A stretch of 64,000 nt of DNA from Deltaproteobacteria bacterium RIFCSPHIGHO2_02_FULL_40_28 (GCA_001798135.1 MGRJ01000020.1:31513-95512); one strand, 5' to 3'. Positions 18,464 through 27,908 are shown, numbered from the stretch's first letter. Program-made: numbers and translations. The notes: a model not told the origin generated them from the sequence alone.

Positions 18464-19120
18464 ATGAGTAAAAAAATTGCAGTTATTTTAGCAGGATGTG
18501 GTTTTAAAGATGGTTCCGAAATTCATGAATCAGTTTTAACTCTCCTTCATCTTGTGAGGGAAGGAGCCATGCCCCTTTGTTTTGCCCCCAATGAAAAACA
18601 AGCCACCGTTACCAATCATGTAACTGGTGATGCCGAAGGGGCCTCTCGCAATATACTTGTAGAGTCAGCTCGTATTACTCGTGGAAATATTCGGGATATT
18701 AAAGAATTAAAAGCCGTAGATGCAGATGCGCTTATATTACCTGGTGGTTATGGGGCAGCTCTTAATTTGTGTGATTTTGCAGTTAAAGGCCCCAATTGTA
18801 CTGTCAATTCTCAAGTGCAAAGAGTGATACAAGAATTTTATCAAGCCAAAAAGCCCATTGGAGCTATTTGCATTGCTCCTGCTATTGTAGGCAAAGTGTT
18901 AGGATCTTATGGAATAGAGCTTACCATTGGAAGTGACAGAGGTACGGCGCAAGCTTTAGAAAAAATGGGAGCAAAACATGTAAACACAACAGTTGAAAAT
19001 TTCCATTGGGATTCTAAAAATAAAATAGCCTCCACCGCAGCTTATATGTTGGCTCAAAATATTGTAGAAGCTGAAAGTGGAATTTCTAGGTTAATTAAAA
19101 AGGTGGTTGATGAGGCTTAA
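18464..19120 (+). CDS. elbB: ElbB/DJ-1/PfpI-family protein (glutamine amidotransferase-like class 1)
   Basis: N-terminus KKIAVILAGCGFKDGSEIHESVLTLL and overall layout match ElbB/YhbL-type proteins; RBS AAAAGGAGAG upstream. Confidence 0.8.
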   Translation: MSKKIAVILAGCGFKDGSEIHESVLTLLHLVREGAMPLCFAPNEKQATVTNHVTGDAEGASRNILVESARITRGNIRDIKELKAVDADALILPGGYGAALNLCDFAVKGPNCTVNSQVQRVIQEFYQAKKPIGAICIAPAIVGKVLGSYGIELTIGSDRGTAQALEKMGAKHVNTTVENFHWDSKNKIASTAAYMLAQNIVEAESGISRLIKKVVDEA

Positions 19121-19742
19121 GAAAATAAAAATATTTCTGTTTTGTTTTTGTTTTATTTCAGAAATTTGGGCTGGAATTACACTTTCCCAAAAGCTTCAAG
19201 AACACTATCAAACTCTTCAATTCTGGTCTGCTGATTTTGAGCAACAAACCTATGTGGAAATTTTAGATAAAAAAATTAAAAAACAAGGGCGCATTTTTAT
19301 GAAAAAATCCGGAGAAATGCGCATTGAATATCAAGGCCATGGATCTAAAACTTATATAAGTAATGGGAAAAAAGTATGGATTTATTCACCGGATTTAAAT
19401 CAAACTGAAGTGTTTGATCAGTCCAAACTTCTTTCCAAAGAAGCTATTACTTTTTTAAATGGTTTGGGAGATTTAGAAAAAGATTTTGCAACACGTTCTT
19501 TTAATCCTGTAAAAGATCCCAGTTTTCGTTTTGATATTCCCAAGGAGCTTCAATATTTAGAGCTTATTCCTCGTAAAAAAAGTTCTGTGATTTCTAAAAT
19601 TCTTTTAGGGATCGAACCTGTGAGTAGTTTGGTAACCGAAGCTACTCTTTCCAATGTTTCTGGAAATGTAACTCGTTATGTTTTTAAAAATATCGATATT
19701 AAAACTAATCCAAGTCAGGATCTTTTTACCTTGGAGGAATAA
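19110..19742 (+). CDS. lolA: Outer-membrane lipoprotein carrier LolA-like protein
   Basis: Signal peptide (IFLFCFCFISEIWA) and LolA-like blocks (GRIFMKKSGEMRIEY, GKKVWIYSPDLNQTEVFD); start overlaps the elbB stop. Confidence 0.7.
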   Translation: MRLKKIKIFLFCFCFISEIWAGITLSQKLQEHYQTLQFWSADFEQQTYVEILDKKIKKQGRIFMKKSGEMRIEYQGHGSKTYISNGKKVWIYSPDLNQTEVFDQSKLLSKEAITFLNGLGDLEKDFATRSFNPVKDPSFRFDIPKELQYLELIPRKKSSVISKILLGIEPVSSLVTEATLSNVSGNVTRYVFKNIDIKTNPSQDLFTLEE

Positions 19743-20233
19743 TGCCTAGCTTTGACGTTGTTTCTGAAATCAATCTTCAAGAAGTAGACAATGCAGTAAA
19801 CCAAGCTTCCAAAGAAATTGGAACACGCTATGATTTTCGTGGATCTAAATGTTCTCTTACTTTTGAAAAAGAAAAAAAATTAATCCAAATTATCGGGGAT
19901 GATGATTATAAAATGAAAGCCATGATTGATATTTTGCAAAGTAAAATTCATAAAAGAGGCATTGCACTTAATGCTCTTCAATTTGGTAAAATAGAAGACT
20001 CAGGCGGCAGTTTAAAAAGATGCACGGTTACTTTGGTGATGGGAATTGATCAAGAAAAAGCCAAAAGCATTATTAAAATCATTAAAGATATGAAATTAAA
20101 GATTCAAGCCCAAATTCAAGAAGAGAAAGTGAGAGTAACTGGAAAAAATAAGGACGATTTGCAAGACACGATTTCTTTTTTGAAGGGTCAAACATTTGAG
20201 ATTCCTCTTCAATTTTCCAATTTTAGGGATTAA
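19742..20233 (+). CDS. yajQ: YajQ-family nucleotide-binding protein (UPF0234)
   Basis: MPSFDVVSEINLQEVDNAVNQASKEIGTRYDFRGS is a characteristic YajQ N-terminus; about 163 aa. Confidence 0.85.
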   Translation: MPSFDVVSEINLQEVDNAVNQASKEIGTRYDFRGSKCSLTFEKEKKLIQIIGDDDYKMKAMIDILQSKIHKRGIALNALQFGKIEDSGGSLKRCTVTLVMGIDQEKAKSIIKIIKDMKLKIQAQIQEEKVRVTGKNKDDLQDTISFLKGQTFEIPLQFSNFRD

Positions 20234-20267
20234 AGGCACCTCTATTTACTCAAATTTTTTTCTATTT

Positions 20268-20443
20268 GTCATTCCCGCGAAGGCGGGGGTCCATCTTGGT
20301 TCCCCTCCTTTGTAAGGAGGGGTTAGGGGAGGTAGAGAGTTTAGTAAGACTCTACCCCCTCCAACTCCCCCTTACAAAGGGGGAGAGTACAGATGGATCC
20401 CTGCCGGAGTTTACCCCTGCGAAGGCAGGGGCAGGGATGACAC
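20268..20443. repeat. Composite palindromic element: family-B terminal inverted repeats enclosing family-C hairpins
   Basis: Left end GTCATTCCCGCGAAGGCGGGGGTCCATCT, right end AGATGGATCCCTGCC...GGGATGAC. Interior has perfect hairpins CCCCTCC-TTTGTAA-GGAGGGG and CTCCCCC-TTACAAA-GGGGGAG. About 175 bp, GC-rich in an AT-rich context. Confidence 0.85.
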
Positions 20444-20523
20444 GAAACCGTAATTTTTAGAGGTTCCCTTAAGAAGTAGTGGTACAGTTTGAATTTTAAG
20501 AGTGAAGAGGAACTATGAAAATT

Positions 20524-20925
20524 TTAGTTGGCAGGTGGGTCATTAGGTTTAATCTTAATACTTTTGTAACCATATCCACCTACACCACCAGCAGCGATGT
20601 ATAGAATAGCTTTTACGAACTCTTTAACAATTTCATCTTTATTCAGATAAAGAGCATATGCAAAAAAACCCAAAATAAGTGTTAAGCTTATTCCTGCAAA
20701 CCAAAATATTTTTTTAATTATATCTCTTTGATGAGTTCTATTTAACTCTAGATCCCCTGCTTGGACTTGCATGCTTTGCACTGCATACTTATAACTTCTT
20801 TCATCAGAAGCTGTCCTAGCTTCGATTTCTTTTTCTCGAACCTTGAGTTCTTCTTTCTGAAATTCAAGAAATTTTAATGGAAGTTGGTTTGGGTCAGCAG
20901 GGAGATTTATATTGTTTTCAGACAT
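20524..20925 (-). CDS. Hypothetical single-pass membrane protein
   Basis: 133 aa: charged, coiled-coil-like N-terminal part, one TM helix (FWFAGISLTLILGFFAYALYL), Gly-rich C-terminal tail (GGVGGYGYK); no homolog recognised. Confidence 0.4.
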   Translation of the reverse strand: MSENNINLPADPNQLPLKFLEFQKEELKVREKEIEARTASDERSYKYAVQSMQVQAGDLELNRTHQRDIIKKIFWFAGISLTLILGFFAYALYLNKDEIVKEFVKAILYIAAGGVGGYGYKSIKIKPNDPPAN

Positions 20926-20926
20926 T

Positions 20927-21130
20927 TTAGCTGCCTAGCACAACCTTATAAACTGGCAACTTATATTTGATTTTGATTTTACCAAAATCTTTTTGACCTA
21001 ACTTAGGGGGAAGTACCTGGACAGATTCAATATTAAATTTTTCTCTATCTCTTCGTTTAAGATATTCAGAGGGCTCAACCACTTCTTCTTTAATGGGAAT
21101 TGTTTTTAAAGTTGATTCACTCACTTCCAT
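20927..21130 (-). CDS. Hypothetical small protein
   Basis: 67-aa ORF whose stop abuts the start of the 133-aa membrane protein (1-nt gap), suggesting co-transcription. Confidence 0.35.
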   Translation of the reverse strand: MEVSESTLKTIPIKEEVVEPSEYLKRRDREKFNIESVQVLPPKLGQKDFGKIKIKYKLPVYKVVLGS

Positions 21131-21290
21131 ATTATCTTCTAATTATCGTCGAAAGTCTACAATTGCAATACAATTTATATCCTTTTTAGTAGCTTTGATA
21201 TGGTGCATATTAGTTTAAAATATTTTTAATAAAGCCTTATTTATCAATAGGTTAAATTATTTTTTACAGATCTTTCTAAGGATTAACAGT

Positions 21291-21370
21291 CTGCGATAGG
21301 AACCCATCTTAATTCCCCTCCTTTGTCCCACAGGGACTTCGGAGGGGTAAGGGGAGGTAGAGAGTTTTGT
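21291..21370. repeat. Family-C partial element (left half of the 20268 composite)
   Basis: ACCCATCTTAATTCCCCTCCTTTGT...GGAGGGGTAAGGGGAGGTAGAGAGTTT closely matches the interior of the composite element. Confidence 0.75.
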
Positions 21371-21475
21371 ATACACCAGCTAAAAGTGAAAATACTATAC
21401 TACTAATTAAAACTTTCCCTTTTCACAAAATCTCTTTTCGTTTAAAATACTTAAGTTCAATCAAGAGGAGGAAAA

Positions 21476-21955
21476 ATGGCTAAGATTGTTATGAGTGAAT
21501 TTGAAGTAGAGCTTCCCCCCAATTGGAAGGATCAGGGTATGATTACGCTTACAATGCCTTCTACCGACCCTAAGGTGAGGCCCAATATTATTGTTACAGT
21601 TGAACGTTTGCAAAACCCAACTGATCTCAATTCTTATTTTGATAAAATTAAAAAGTCTGTTCAAGCCAGGGGAATTAATAGCTTTAAGGTATTAAGCGAG
21701 AAAGATGTGGCCTTAAGTGGTATCCCTGCCAAAATGATGATTTGTACATGGGATTTGGCAGCTATGAAAACCATGATGGGCCCTAAAGCTGCTAATTTGG
21801 AGCATATTCAGGATGGTCAAATGGTGCAGCAAATTCAGGTTTCTTGCTTAAGAAACACAGTTGCTATTAATCTTACTGCAAGCTTTCCTGCCGAGCAGTT
21901 TGAATTGTATTCCAGGCCCTTTCAGAACTTTATCAAAGGTTTTAAGTTCCTGTAA
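21476..21955 (+). CDS. Hypothetical protein
   Basis: 159-aa ORF with an RBS-like GAGGAGG upstream; no signal peptide or motif recognised. Confidence 0.45.
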   Translation: MAKIVMSEFEVELPPNWKDQGMITLTMPSTDPKVRPNIIVTVERLQNPTDLNSYFDKIKKSVQARGINSFKVLSEKDVALSGIPAKMMICTWDLAAMKTMMGPKAANLEHIQDGQMVQQIQVSCLRNTVAINLTASFPAEQFELYSRPFQNFIKGFKFL

Positions 21956-21977
21956 TGGGTTTGTTGAAAAACTTTTC

Positions 21978-22928
21978 ATGAAGCATTTACGGGCACAAAT
22001 TGTCGCCACAGGTTCTTATGTACCTTCCCGTGTGGTTCCTAATTCTGAGCTAGAAGTTTCACTTCACACAACCAACGAATGGATTCGGTCTAAAATTGGA
22101 ATTAAAGAACGACGCTATGCAGAACCAGACATTGGTCCGGCAGATTTAGCCCTTCATGCTGCAATACAGGCTTTAAAAACAGCTAATCGAGAGGCGCGAG
22201 ATATCGATTGCATCCTTTTTGCTACAACAACACCCGAATATGAAGCTCCTGGTTCTGGGGTTTTACTTCAGGATAAACTCGGTTGTCGTAGAATTCCTGC
22301 CTTTGATGTGCATAATACCTCACCTGGTTTTTTATTTGCGCTCGAATTGGGTGATTCACTTATTCGTTCTGGAAAGTATGAATGCATTCTTGTTGCCGCA
22401 GGCGAGGTTTTATCCCCGCGTCTGGATATGACAGAAGCGGGACGGCTGATGAGTGTGATTTTTGGAGATGGGGCTGGATGTGTTCTTTTAGAAGCAACCG
22501 AAGGGCCACATGGCATTTTAGCGACTAAACTGCATTCGGATGGAGTGCACTACAACAAACTATGGTGTGAAGGCCCCCATACTTATCCCACCATGGATGG
22601 CCCCTTTGTTTTCAAACATGCTGTTACTTCTATGAGCCTGGTGGCCAAAGAAATTCTCATTGAGCAAGGGATAGAATCCAATCAACTTACTCATATTATC
22701 CCACATCAGGCTAATCTTCGCATTATTGAAACGATTGCCGATCAGCTTAAAATTCCGATGGCAAAGGTTAAAACCACCATTCAAAAATATGGAAATACCT
22801 CGGCAGCCTCTATTCCCATTACTTTAGATGAAACAGTAAGAGCTGGTTTAGTGAAACCCAACGATCTTATTTTAACTATGAGTTTTGGATCTGGTTTTAG
22901 TTGGGGGGCAGGGCTTATTCGTTGGTAG
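21978..22928 (+). CDS. KAS III (FabH)-like enzyme with Ser in place of the catalytic Cys
   Basis: FabH-like thiolase fold with the His (IIPHQAN) and Asn (YGNTSAAS) positions conserved, but the nucleophile region reads AFDVHNTSPGFLFAL where FabH has a Cys-containing AFDV..ACxGF. Confidence 0.8.
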   Translation: MKHLRAQIVATGSYVPSRVVPNSELEVSLHTTNEWIRSKIGIKERRYAEPDIGPADLALHAAIQALKTANREARDIDCILFATTTPEYEAPGSGVLLQDKLGCRRIPAFDVHNTSPGFLFALELGDSLIRSGKYECILVAAGEVLSPRLDMTEAGRLMSVIFGDGAGCVLLEATEGPHGILATKLHSDGVHYNKLWCEGPHTYPTMDGPFVFKHAVTSMSLVAKEILIEQGIESNQLTHIIPHQANLRIIETIADQLKIPMAKVKTTIQKYGNTSAASIPITLDETVRAGLVKPNDLILTMSFGSGFSWGAGLIRW

Positions 22929-23223
22929 AGATTTCTTGGGTTATCAAAACAATTTCATCCGGATAAGAAAAACCTAAAATTTCACGAGCCAAGTGTTCAA
23001 TGGTTTTTGGATTATCCAAACTTTTTTGTTCTATCCTTAAAAAAAGATTTTCGTTTTGAAGAATTCTATTTTGTGTCATTAACGCTTCTTTTTGTTTTTT
23101 AAGATGCCACAACTGAATAAGCCCCGATTGCCCTCCAAGGCTTAGCCCTATAAAAATAACAAAAGTAAAAAAGGCCGCTAGATAGAAGAGAGAGTTGTAA
23201 TTGCCGGTTGCACTTATTTTCAT
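22915..23223 (-). CDS. ftsB: Septum-formation initiator family protein (FtsB/DivIC-like, putative)
   Basis: About 100 aa with an N-terminal TM helix followed by a coiled-coil stretch ([29 protein letters not shown]); lies downstream of ruvB in the same orientation. Confidence 0.5.
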   Translation of the reverse strand: MKISATGNYNSLFYLAAFFTFVIFIGLSLGGQSGLIQLWHLKKQKEALMTQNRILQNENLFLRIEQKSLDNPKTIEHLAREILGFSYPDEIVLITQEISTNE

Positions 23224-24218
23224 TGTGGTTTTTTGAGATGTTCATAAGCCTGGCGGGTAGCTAGCCTTCCCCTCGAAGTGCGATTAAGAAAACCTTGTTC
23301 AATTAAAAAAGGTTCGTACACATCTTCCAAAGTGTCTTTTTGTTCATGAATGGCACTTGCAATGGCTTCAATTCCCACGGGGCCCCCATCAAATTTTTCA
23401 ATAATGATATTTAAAATTTTACGATCCATGGCATCAAAACCCAGTTCATCTACTTGCAAAAGAATGAGAGCTTTTTTTGCCATGTCTTCAGTAACAATTC
23501 CGCTTCCTTTAACTTGGGCATAATCTCTCACACGCTTTAAAAGCCTGTTTACAATACGTGGTGTGCCTCTGGAACGTTTAGCAATTTCATGCGCTCCATC
23601 GGCATCTAAGTTTACGTTTAAAATTTGAGCCGAACGCATAAGAATGGTTTTTAATTCTTGAGCACTATAAAAATCGAGGCGTTCTACAATTCCAAAACGA
23701 TCGCGGAGAGGGGAAGTTAAAAGACCCGCCCTGGTTGTGGCTCCTACCAAGGTATAGCGGGGCAAATCTAACTTAATGGATTTTGCTGATGGCCCTTGCC
23801 CAATCAGAAGATCCAACTGAAAATCTTCCATGGCGGGGTATAAAATTTCTTCTACGATTGGATTTAAACGATGAATTTCGTCAATGAATAAAACTGATCC
23901 AGGTTCTAAATTGGTGAGGATAGCAGCTAAATCTCCTGGGCGTTCAATAACAGGACCAGCAGTGGCTTTAATTCCTACTCCCATTTCTTTGGCAATGATG
24001 TGGGCGAGAGAGGTTTTTCCAAGCCCAGGAGGCCCACAAAAAAGACAATGATCTAAAGTATCACTTCGTTTTTTGGCTGCCTCGATGAAAATTTCTAATT
24101 TTTCTTTTACAGCTTTTTGGCCTATGTATTCTTTTAAGGTTTGAGGCCTTAAAGACCACTCAAGCCCGGTTTCTTCCTCAAGCTGGAGGGGGGTTAGCTG
24201 TTCATTATCTCGTATCAT
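23220..24218 (-). CDS. ruvB: Holliday junction branch migration helicase RuvB
   Basis: Walker [12 protein letters not shown], Walker [10 protein letters not shown], RuvB-specific blocks; the start chosen forms an ATGA overlap with the ruvA stop and gives E. coli-like N-terminal spacing. Confidence 0.9.
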   Translation of the reverse strand: MIRDNEQLTPLQLEEETGLEWSLRPQTLKEYIGQKAVKEKLEIFIEAAKKRSDTLDHCLFCGPPGLGKTSLAHIIAKEMGVGIKATAGPVIERPGDLAAILTNLEPGSVLFIDEIHRLNPIVEEILYPAMEDFQLDLLIGQGPSAKSIKLDLPRYTLVGATTRAGLLTSPLRDRFGIVERLDFYSAQELKTILMRSAQILNVNLDADGAHEIAKRSRGTPRIVNRLLKRVRDYAQVKGSGIVTEDMAKKALILLQVDELGFDAMDRKILNIIIEKFDGGPVGIEAIASAIHEQKDTLEDVYEPFLIEQGFLNRTSRGRLATRQAYEHLKKPQ

Positions 24219-24814
24219 CTCATGGCCTTTAAGGAGTGTTTCAACCATTCTTGCAAACCTGCTTCCTTTGGAAGTTTAATTTGACCTAAAACTTTTTCAG
24301 CCTCTTGCTTGTTGTATCCCAAGTTTACCAAAGCAGAGAGGGCTTCATCATACACTAAGACGGGAGGTTTGACACCATCTGAAAATTCTCTTAAGGACAG
24401 TTCGTCAAAAAGTTCTTTAAGCTTATCTTTAAGCTCAACAACCAGGCGTTCAGCTGTTTTTCTGCCTATACCGTTAATGGAGGTGAGTTTGGGCACATTT
24501 TCTTCTACAACAGCACGTACCAGGTTTTCGGTAGAAATGCCCGATAGAATTTGTAGGGCTGTTTTGGGACCAATGCCACTTACCCCCAATAATTTTTTGA
24601 AAACTATTTTTTCAGATGGGTTGAAAAAACCAAAAAGAGAAATACTTCCTTCGGTGACATGAGTATAAATGGGAAGATGAATATTTTCGCCAAGGGCGGG
24701 AGTTTTTTCGAGAGTTACTTTTGAAATAAAAACCTCGTAGCCGACCCCATTCACATTAATAACAAGGGTATTTAACGTTTTCTGGAGTATTTTTCCTGAA
24801 AGATATGCAATCAT
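24215..24814 (-). CDS. ruvA: Holliday junction DNA helicase RuvA
   Basis: RuvA blocks (MIAYLSGKI, helix-hairpin-helix [27 protein letters not shown]). Confidence 0.9.
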   Translation of the reverse strand: MIAYLSGKILQKTLNTLVINVNGVGYEVFISKVTLEKTPALGENIHLPIYTHVTEGSISLFGFFNPSEKIVFKKLLGVSGIGPKTALQILSGISTENLVRAVVEENVPKLTSINGIGRKTAERLVVELKDKLKELFDELSLREFSDGVKPPVLVYDEALSALVNLGYNKQEAEKVLGQIKLPKEAGLQEWLKHSLKAMR

Positions 24815-25311
24815 GAGGTTGCTGCCTTTTTAATTAAACTTTCCAAACCTGCAGAATGAGCATAACACAAAGCACAGGCCAGGGCATCCGAGGCGTTTTC
24901 TTCTGCTATTTCTTTTAATCCTAAAATAGCTTTTACCATTTGTTGTACCTGTGATTTATCGGCCTGCCCATATCCCACAACTGATTGTTTGATTTGTAAA
25001 GGGGTATATTCGTAAACAGCTAAATTTTGCAAACGAGCAGCTAGCATTGCTACCCCCCTTGCATGTCCCAGCTTAATGCTGGAGCTGACATTGCGTGCAA
25101 AAAAGATATTTTCAATGGCTAGAACTTCAGGGTTAAAGCGAGCGATCACCTCATTTAATCCTTGAAAAAGTGAAACAAGCCGATCAGAAAATTCACTCTT
25201 GGATGGTGGAGCAATAATTCCATTATCGCAATGAAGGGTTTTGGAACCTTTTTTTTCAATAATTCCATAACCCATGATGCGGCTTCCTGGATCAATGCCT
25301 AAAATTATCAT
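24811..25311 (-). CDS. ruvC: Crossover junction endodeoxyribonuclease RuvC
   Basis: MIILGIDPGSRIMGYGI N-terminus with catalytic Asp; about 166 aa. Confidence 0.9.
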   Translation of the reverse strand: MIILGIDPGSRIMGYGIIEKKGSKTLHCDNGIIAPPSKSEFSDRLVSLFQGLNEVIARFNPEVLAIENIFFARNVSSSIKLGHARGVAMLAARLQNLAVYEYTPLQIKQSVVGYGQADKSQVQQMVKAILGLKEIAEENASDALACALCYAHSAGLESLIKKAATS

Positions 25312-25317
25312 AGAGGA

Positions 25318-26064
25318 TTAAACTATTTTTTCCATAATTTCTGGTGGAATATCAAAATTAGAATACACTTTTTGAATATCATCGTTTTCATCCAAGCTAT
25401 CCATCAAATCGATAGTTTTTTGAGCATCTGCTAATCCAAGCTTGATTGTGTTTTGGGGGATCATGCTTATTTCAGCATCTTGGGCTTTAAGCCCTGCTTT
25501 TTCTATTTTTTTTCTAACCTCATCAAAGTTTTGAGGTTCACAATACACTTCCCATTCTTCTTCACCATCTACAATGTCTGCAGCTCCAGCTTCCAGGGCT
25601 ACTTCCATTATTTTATCCTCAGTAAGTCCTGTTTTGGAATAGGAAAGATAACCCTGCTTTTTAAAAATCCACCCAACCGAACCTGTTTCTCCCAAATGCC
25701 CCCCTTTTTTAGAGAGCAGATTACGTAAATCACTTACGGTACGGGTTTTATTATCTGTAACCGATTCGATCATGAGAGCTACTCCTCCTGGTCCATATCC
25801 TTCATAAGTGATTTCTTCATAATGCACACCCTCAAGCTCACCCGTTCCTTTTTTTACAGCTCTTTCAATATTATCAAGAGGCATAGACCCGGCTCTTGCT
25901 GTATCGATAGCTCGTCTTAAACGATGGTTGCCTTCAGGATCTCCTCCTCCCATTCTGGCTGCTACGGTGATTTCTTTAATGAGTTTAGAAAATTGAGCGC
26001 CTTTTTTAGCATCGTTGGCCCCTTTTTTTCTTTTAATTTTGGCCCATTTTGAATGACCAGACAT
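25318..26064 (-). CDS. yebC: YebC/PmpR-family transcriptional regulator
   Basis: MSGHSKWAKIKRKKG N-terminus and overall YebC layout; heads the ruvCAB operon. Confidence 0.9.
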   Translation of the reverse strand: MSGHSKWAKIKRKKGANDAKKGAQFSKLIKEITVAARMGGGDPEGNHRLRRAIDTARAGSMPLDNIERAVKKGTGELEGVHYEEITYEGYGPGGVALMIESVTDNKTRTVSDLRNLLSKKGGHLGETGSVGWIFKKQGYLSYSKTGLTEDKIMEVALEAGAADIVDGEEEWEVYCEPQNFDEVRKKIEKAGLKAQDAEISMIPQNTIKLGLADAQKTIDLMDSLDENDDIQKVYSNFDIPPEIMEKIV

Positions 26065-26091
26065 TTAAGGACTCCTTATTTTGTAAACAGT

Positions 26092-26355
26092 TTAACGAAA
26101 GATGCTTTTAAAATTATCGTAGGTGGTAGTTGCAAAATTTTTCATGAGGGCAAAAAAATTATTTTTAGATGAAGCGGGGTTGAATGTTTCATCCCTTGTG
26201 GGTTCTTCATCATCTATTTCGGTTGTTTCTTGCAGCACTTCATCAACAGATGAAGGAGTTGTTTTAATGGAACGAAAAGAAATAGGCATCATGATATTTT
26301 CTCGCAACTCAACAAGTGTTACCTCATCATCAATGGGATAAAAGTGTTTCATCAT
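26092..26355 (-). CDS. Hypothetical acidic small protein
   Basis: 87-aa ORF between yebC and the GDPD gene; no motif recognised. Confidence 0.35.
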   Translation of the reverse strand: MMKHFYPIDDEVTLVELRENIMMPISFRSIKTTPSSVDEVLQETTEIDDEEPTRDETFNPASSKNNFFALMKNFATTTYDNFKSIFR

Positions 26356-26405
26356 ATGTTAAATGCTTACTACGACTTGTTTTATAAAATCAAGATCAGG
26401 CTTGT

Positions 26406-27104
26406 TTAGCGCCACCTGGATGGATAATCTGTAATAATTCCAGTTACTTGTCTATCTTGAAACCAGGATAGTTTTTGGGGATCATTTAATGTCCAAATCC
26501 AATAATCAATCTTGCAGGGGTTCCATTTTTGAAGGCGTTTTTCTGTAGCCCAATTGGTTTCCAAGTTTAAAGTAGCAACTTTCAAGTAACGAATCCAGAA
26601 ACCAATCCCTCTTAAAGTACATTTGGGATCAATTAAAAGCCCTCGTTTAATTTCAGGAGCAATTTTTTTCATGCGGTTTAAATTTAAAACATTGAAAGAA
26701 GAAACATAAATTTTATCAGTAAGATTAAATTTTCGAATACATTCTGCCAATTTTTTTTCAACTCCATCTGAAAAAATACCTGTCGATTTAATTTCGACAT
26801 TGATGATTTTAAATTTTTGGCCAAAATTTTCAAAAACTTCATCTAAAGTGGGAATTTTTTCTCCATCGCCAAAATCCAGTTTTTTGAGTTCACTTAGATT
26901 TAAACGTCTTGTCCATACGTTGATGCCGATTAAAGTTTTTAAATTTTCATCATGGGTTACTACCAGATGACCATCTTTGGAGAGAAAAACATCTAATTCA
27001 ATTCCATCGGCCCCTTCCTCAAAGGCATATTGAAAAGAGCGAAGTGTATTTTCTGGAGCACGCTTTGATGAGCCACGATGGCCTAAAATTAACATACCCA
27101 TCAT
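26406..27104 (-). CDS. Glycerophosphodiester phosphodiesterase
   Basis: GDPD motifs HRGSSKRAPENTL, GADGIELDV, HLVVTHDENL; start overlaps the rsmE stop. Confidence 0.8.
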   Translation of the reverse strand: MMGMLILGHRGSSKRAPENTLRSFQYAFEEGADGIELDVFLSKDGHLVVTHDENLKTLIGINVWTRRLNLSELKKLDFGDGEKIPTLDEVFENFGQKFKIINVEIKSTGIFSDGVEKKLAECIRKFNLTDKIYVSSFNVLNLNRMKKIAPEIKRGLLIDPKCTLRGIGFWIRYLKVATLNLETNWATEKRLQKWNPCKIDYWIWTLNDPQKLSWFQDRQVTGIITDYPSRWR

Positions 27105-27853
27105 GATACCCCCTCACCCTGCACCCTCTTCCCCAAGGGGGAGAAGGGAAACTTAGTTGTTAAAATTGAAGCTGCATGCAAGGCTGCTGTTTCTACTCGA
27201 AGAATCAAAGGCCCTAACGAGCACAAAGTAAAATTAACTTTTTCTCCTAGAGCTATTTCTGCTGGATGCCATCCCCCTTCAGGTCCAATCCAGAGGTTAA
27301 TGTCATTAAGTTGCTCTGGAAATTTTATTTGGGCTAAAGAAGGATGTTTTCCTTTTTCAGCGCAAAAAATATTGAAATGATTTTTTTGTTTTTGAATGGC
27401 TTCCTCAAAATGGAGGGCAGAATTAATTTTTAAAGGTTGAATGCGTCCGCATTGTTTTTGGGCTTCAGTTGCAATTTTTTCAAAACGAGAAAATCTAGAT
27501 TCTTTTTCTATTTTACCAATGGAAAAACGAGTGTGGATGGGAGTAAGAGAGGCTAGATTTAATTCTACTGCCTTTTGAATAATCAGTTCTGTTTTTTGAC
27601 CTTTAAGCATGCCTAGAAAAAGATGTAGAGGGTAAGGAGGGGATATTTCTACAACTTTCTTAAGATTTTCTACACAAACAGTTTTTCCAATGCTTATAAT
27701 TTTTCCTTCATAGTGAGTTTTAATTCCATCATGTAAAGCTAGGCTTTCTCCTGGTTTCATTCGCAATACTTTAGAAATATGATAGGCTTCATCATCAGTG
27801 ATGAGAACACAACCTTGACTTATTTGATGGGGATCGGCTTTAAAATAAGGCAT
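27101..27853 (-). CDS. rsmE: 16S rRNA (uracil1498-N3)-methyltransferase RsmE
   Basis: RsmE-like N-terminus and SPOUT-type C-terminal domain (NLWIGPEGGW); the last ~13 codons are encoded by a GC-rich palindromic repeat. Confidence 0.8.
   Translation of the reverse strand: MPYFKADPHQISQGCVLITDDEAYHISKVLRMKPGESLALHDGIKTHYEGKIISIGKTVCVENLKKVVEISPPYPLHLFLGMLKGQKTELIIQKAVELNLASLTPIHTRFSIGKIEKESRFSRFEKIATEAQKQCGRIQPLKINSALHFEEAIQKQKNHFNIFCAEKGKHPSLAQIKFPEQLNDINLWIGPEGGWHPAEIALGEKVNFTLCSLGPLILRVETAALHAASILTTKFPFSPLGKRVQGEGVS
27109..27152. repeat. Family-D GC-rich palindromic unit inside the rsmE 3' coding end
   Basis: CCCCCTCACCCTGCACCCTCTTCCCCAAGGGGGAGAAGGG; same unit as in the 42275 element. Confidence 0.75.
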
Positions 27854-27908
27854 GGGTAGACTTTAGAATGAGTTGATTTTAAGTTTCAAGATAAATTAAG
27901 GTACACTT

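Noticed and set aside
20266-20460. 64-aa ORF (MSFPRRRGSILVPLL...) predicted in the ORF track
   Set aside because: It is simply the translation of the GC-rich palindromic composite repeat; no start context, and repeats of this type produce spurious ORFs.
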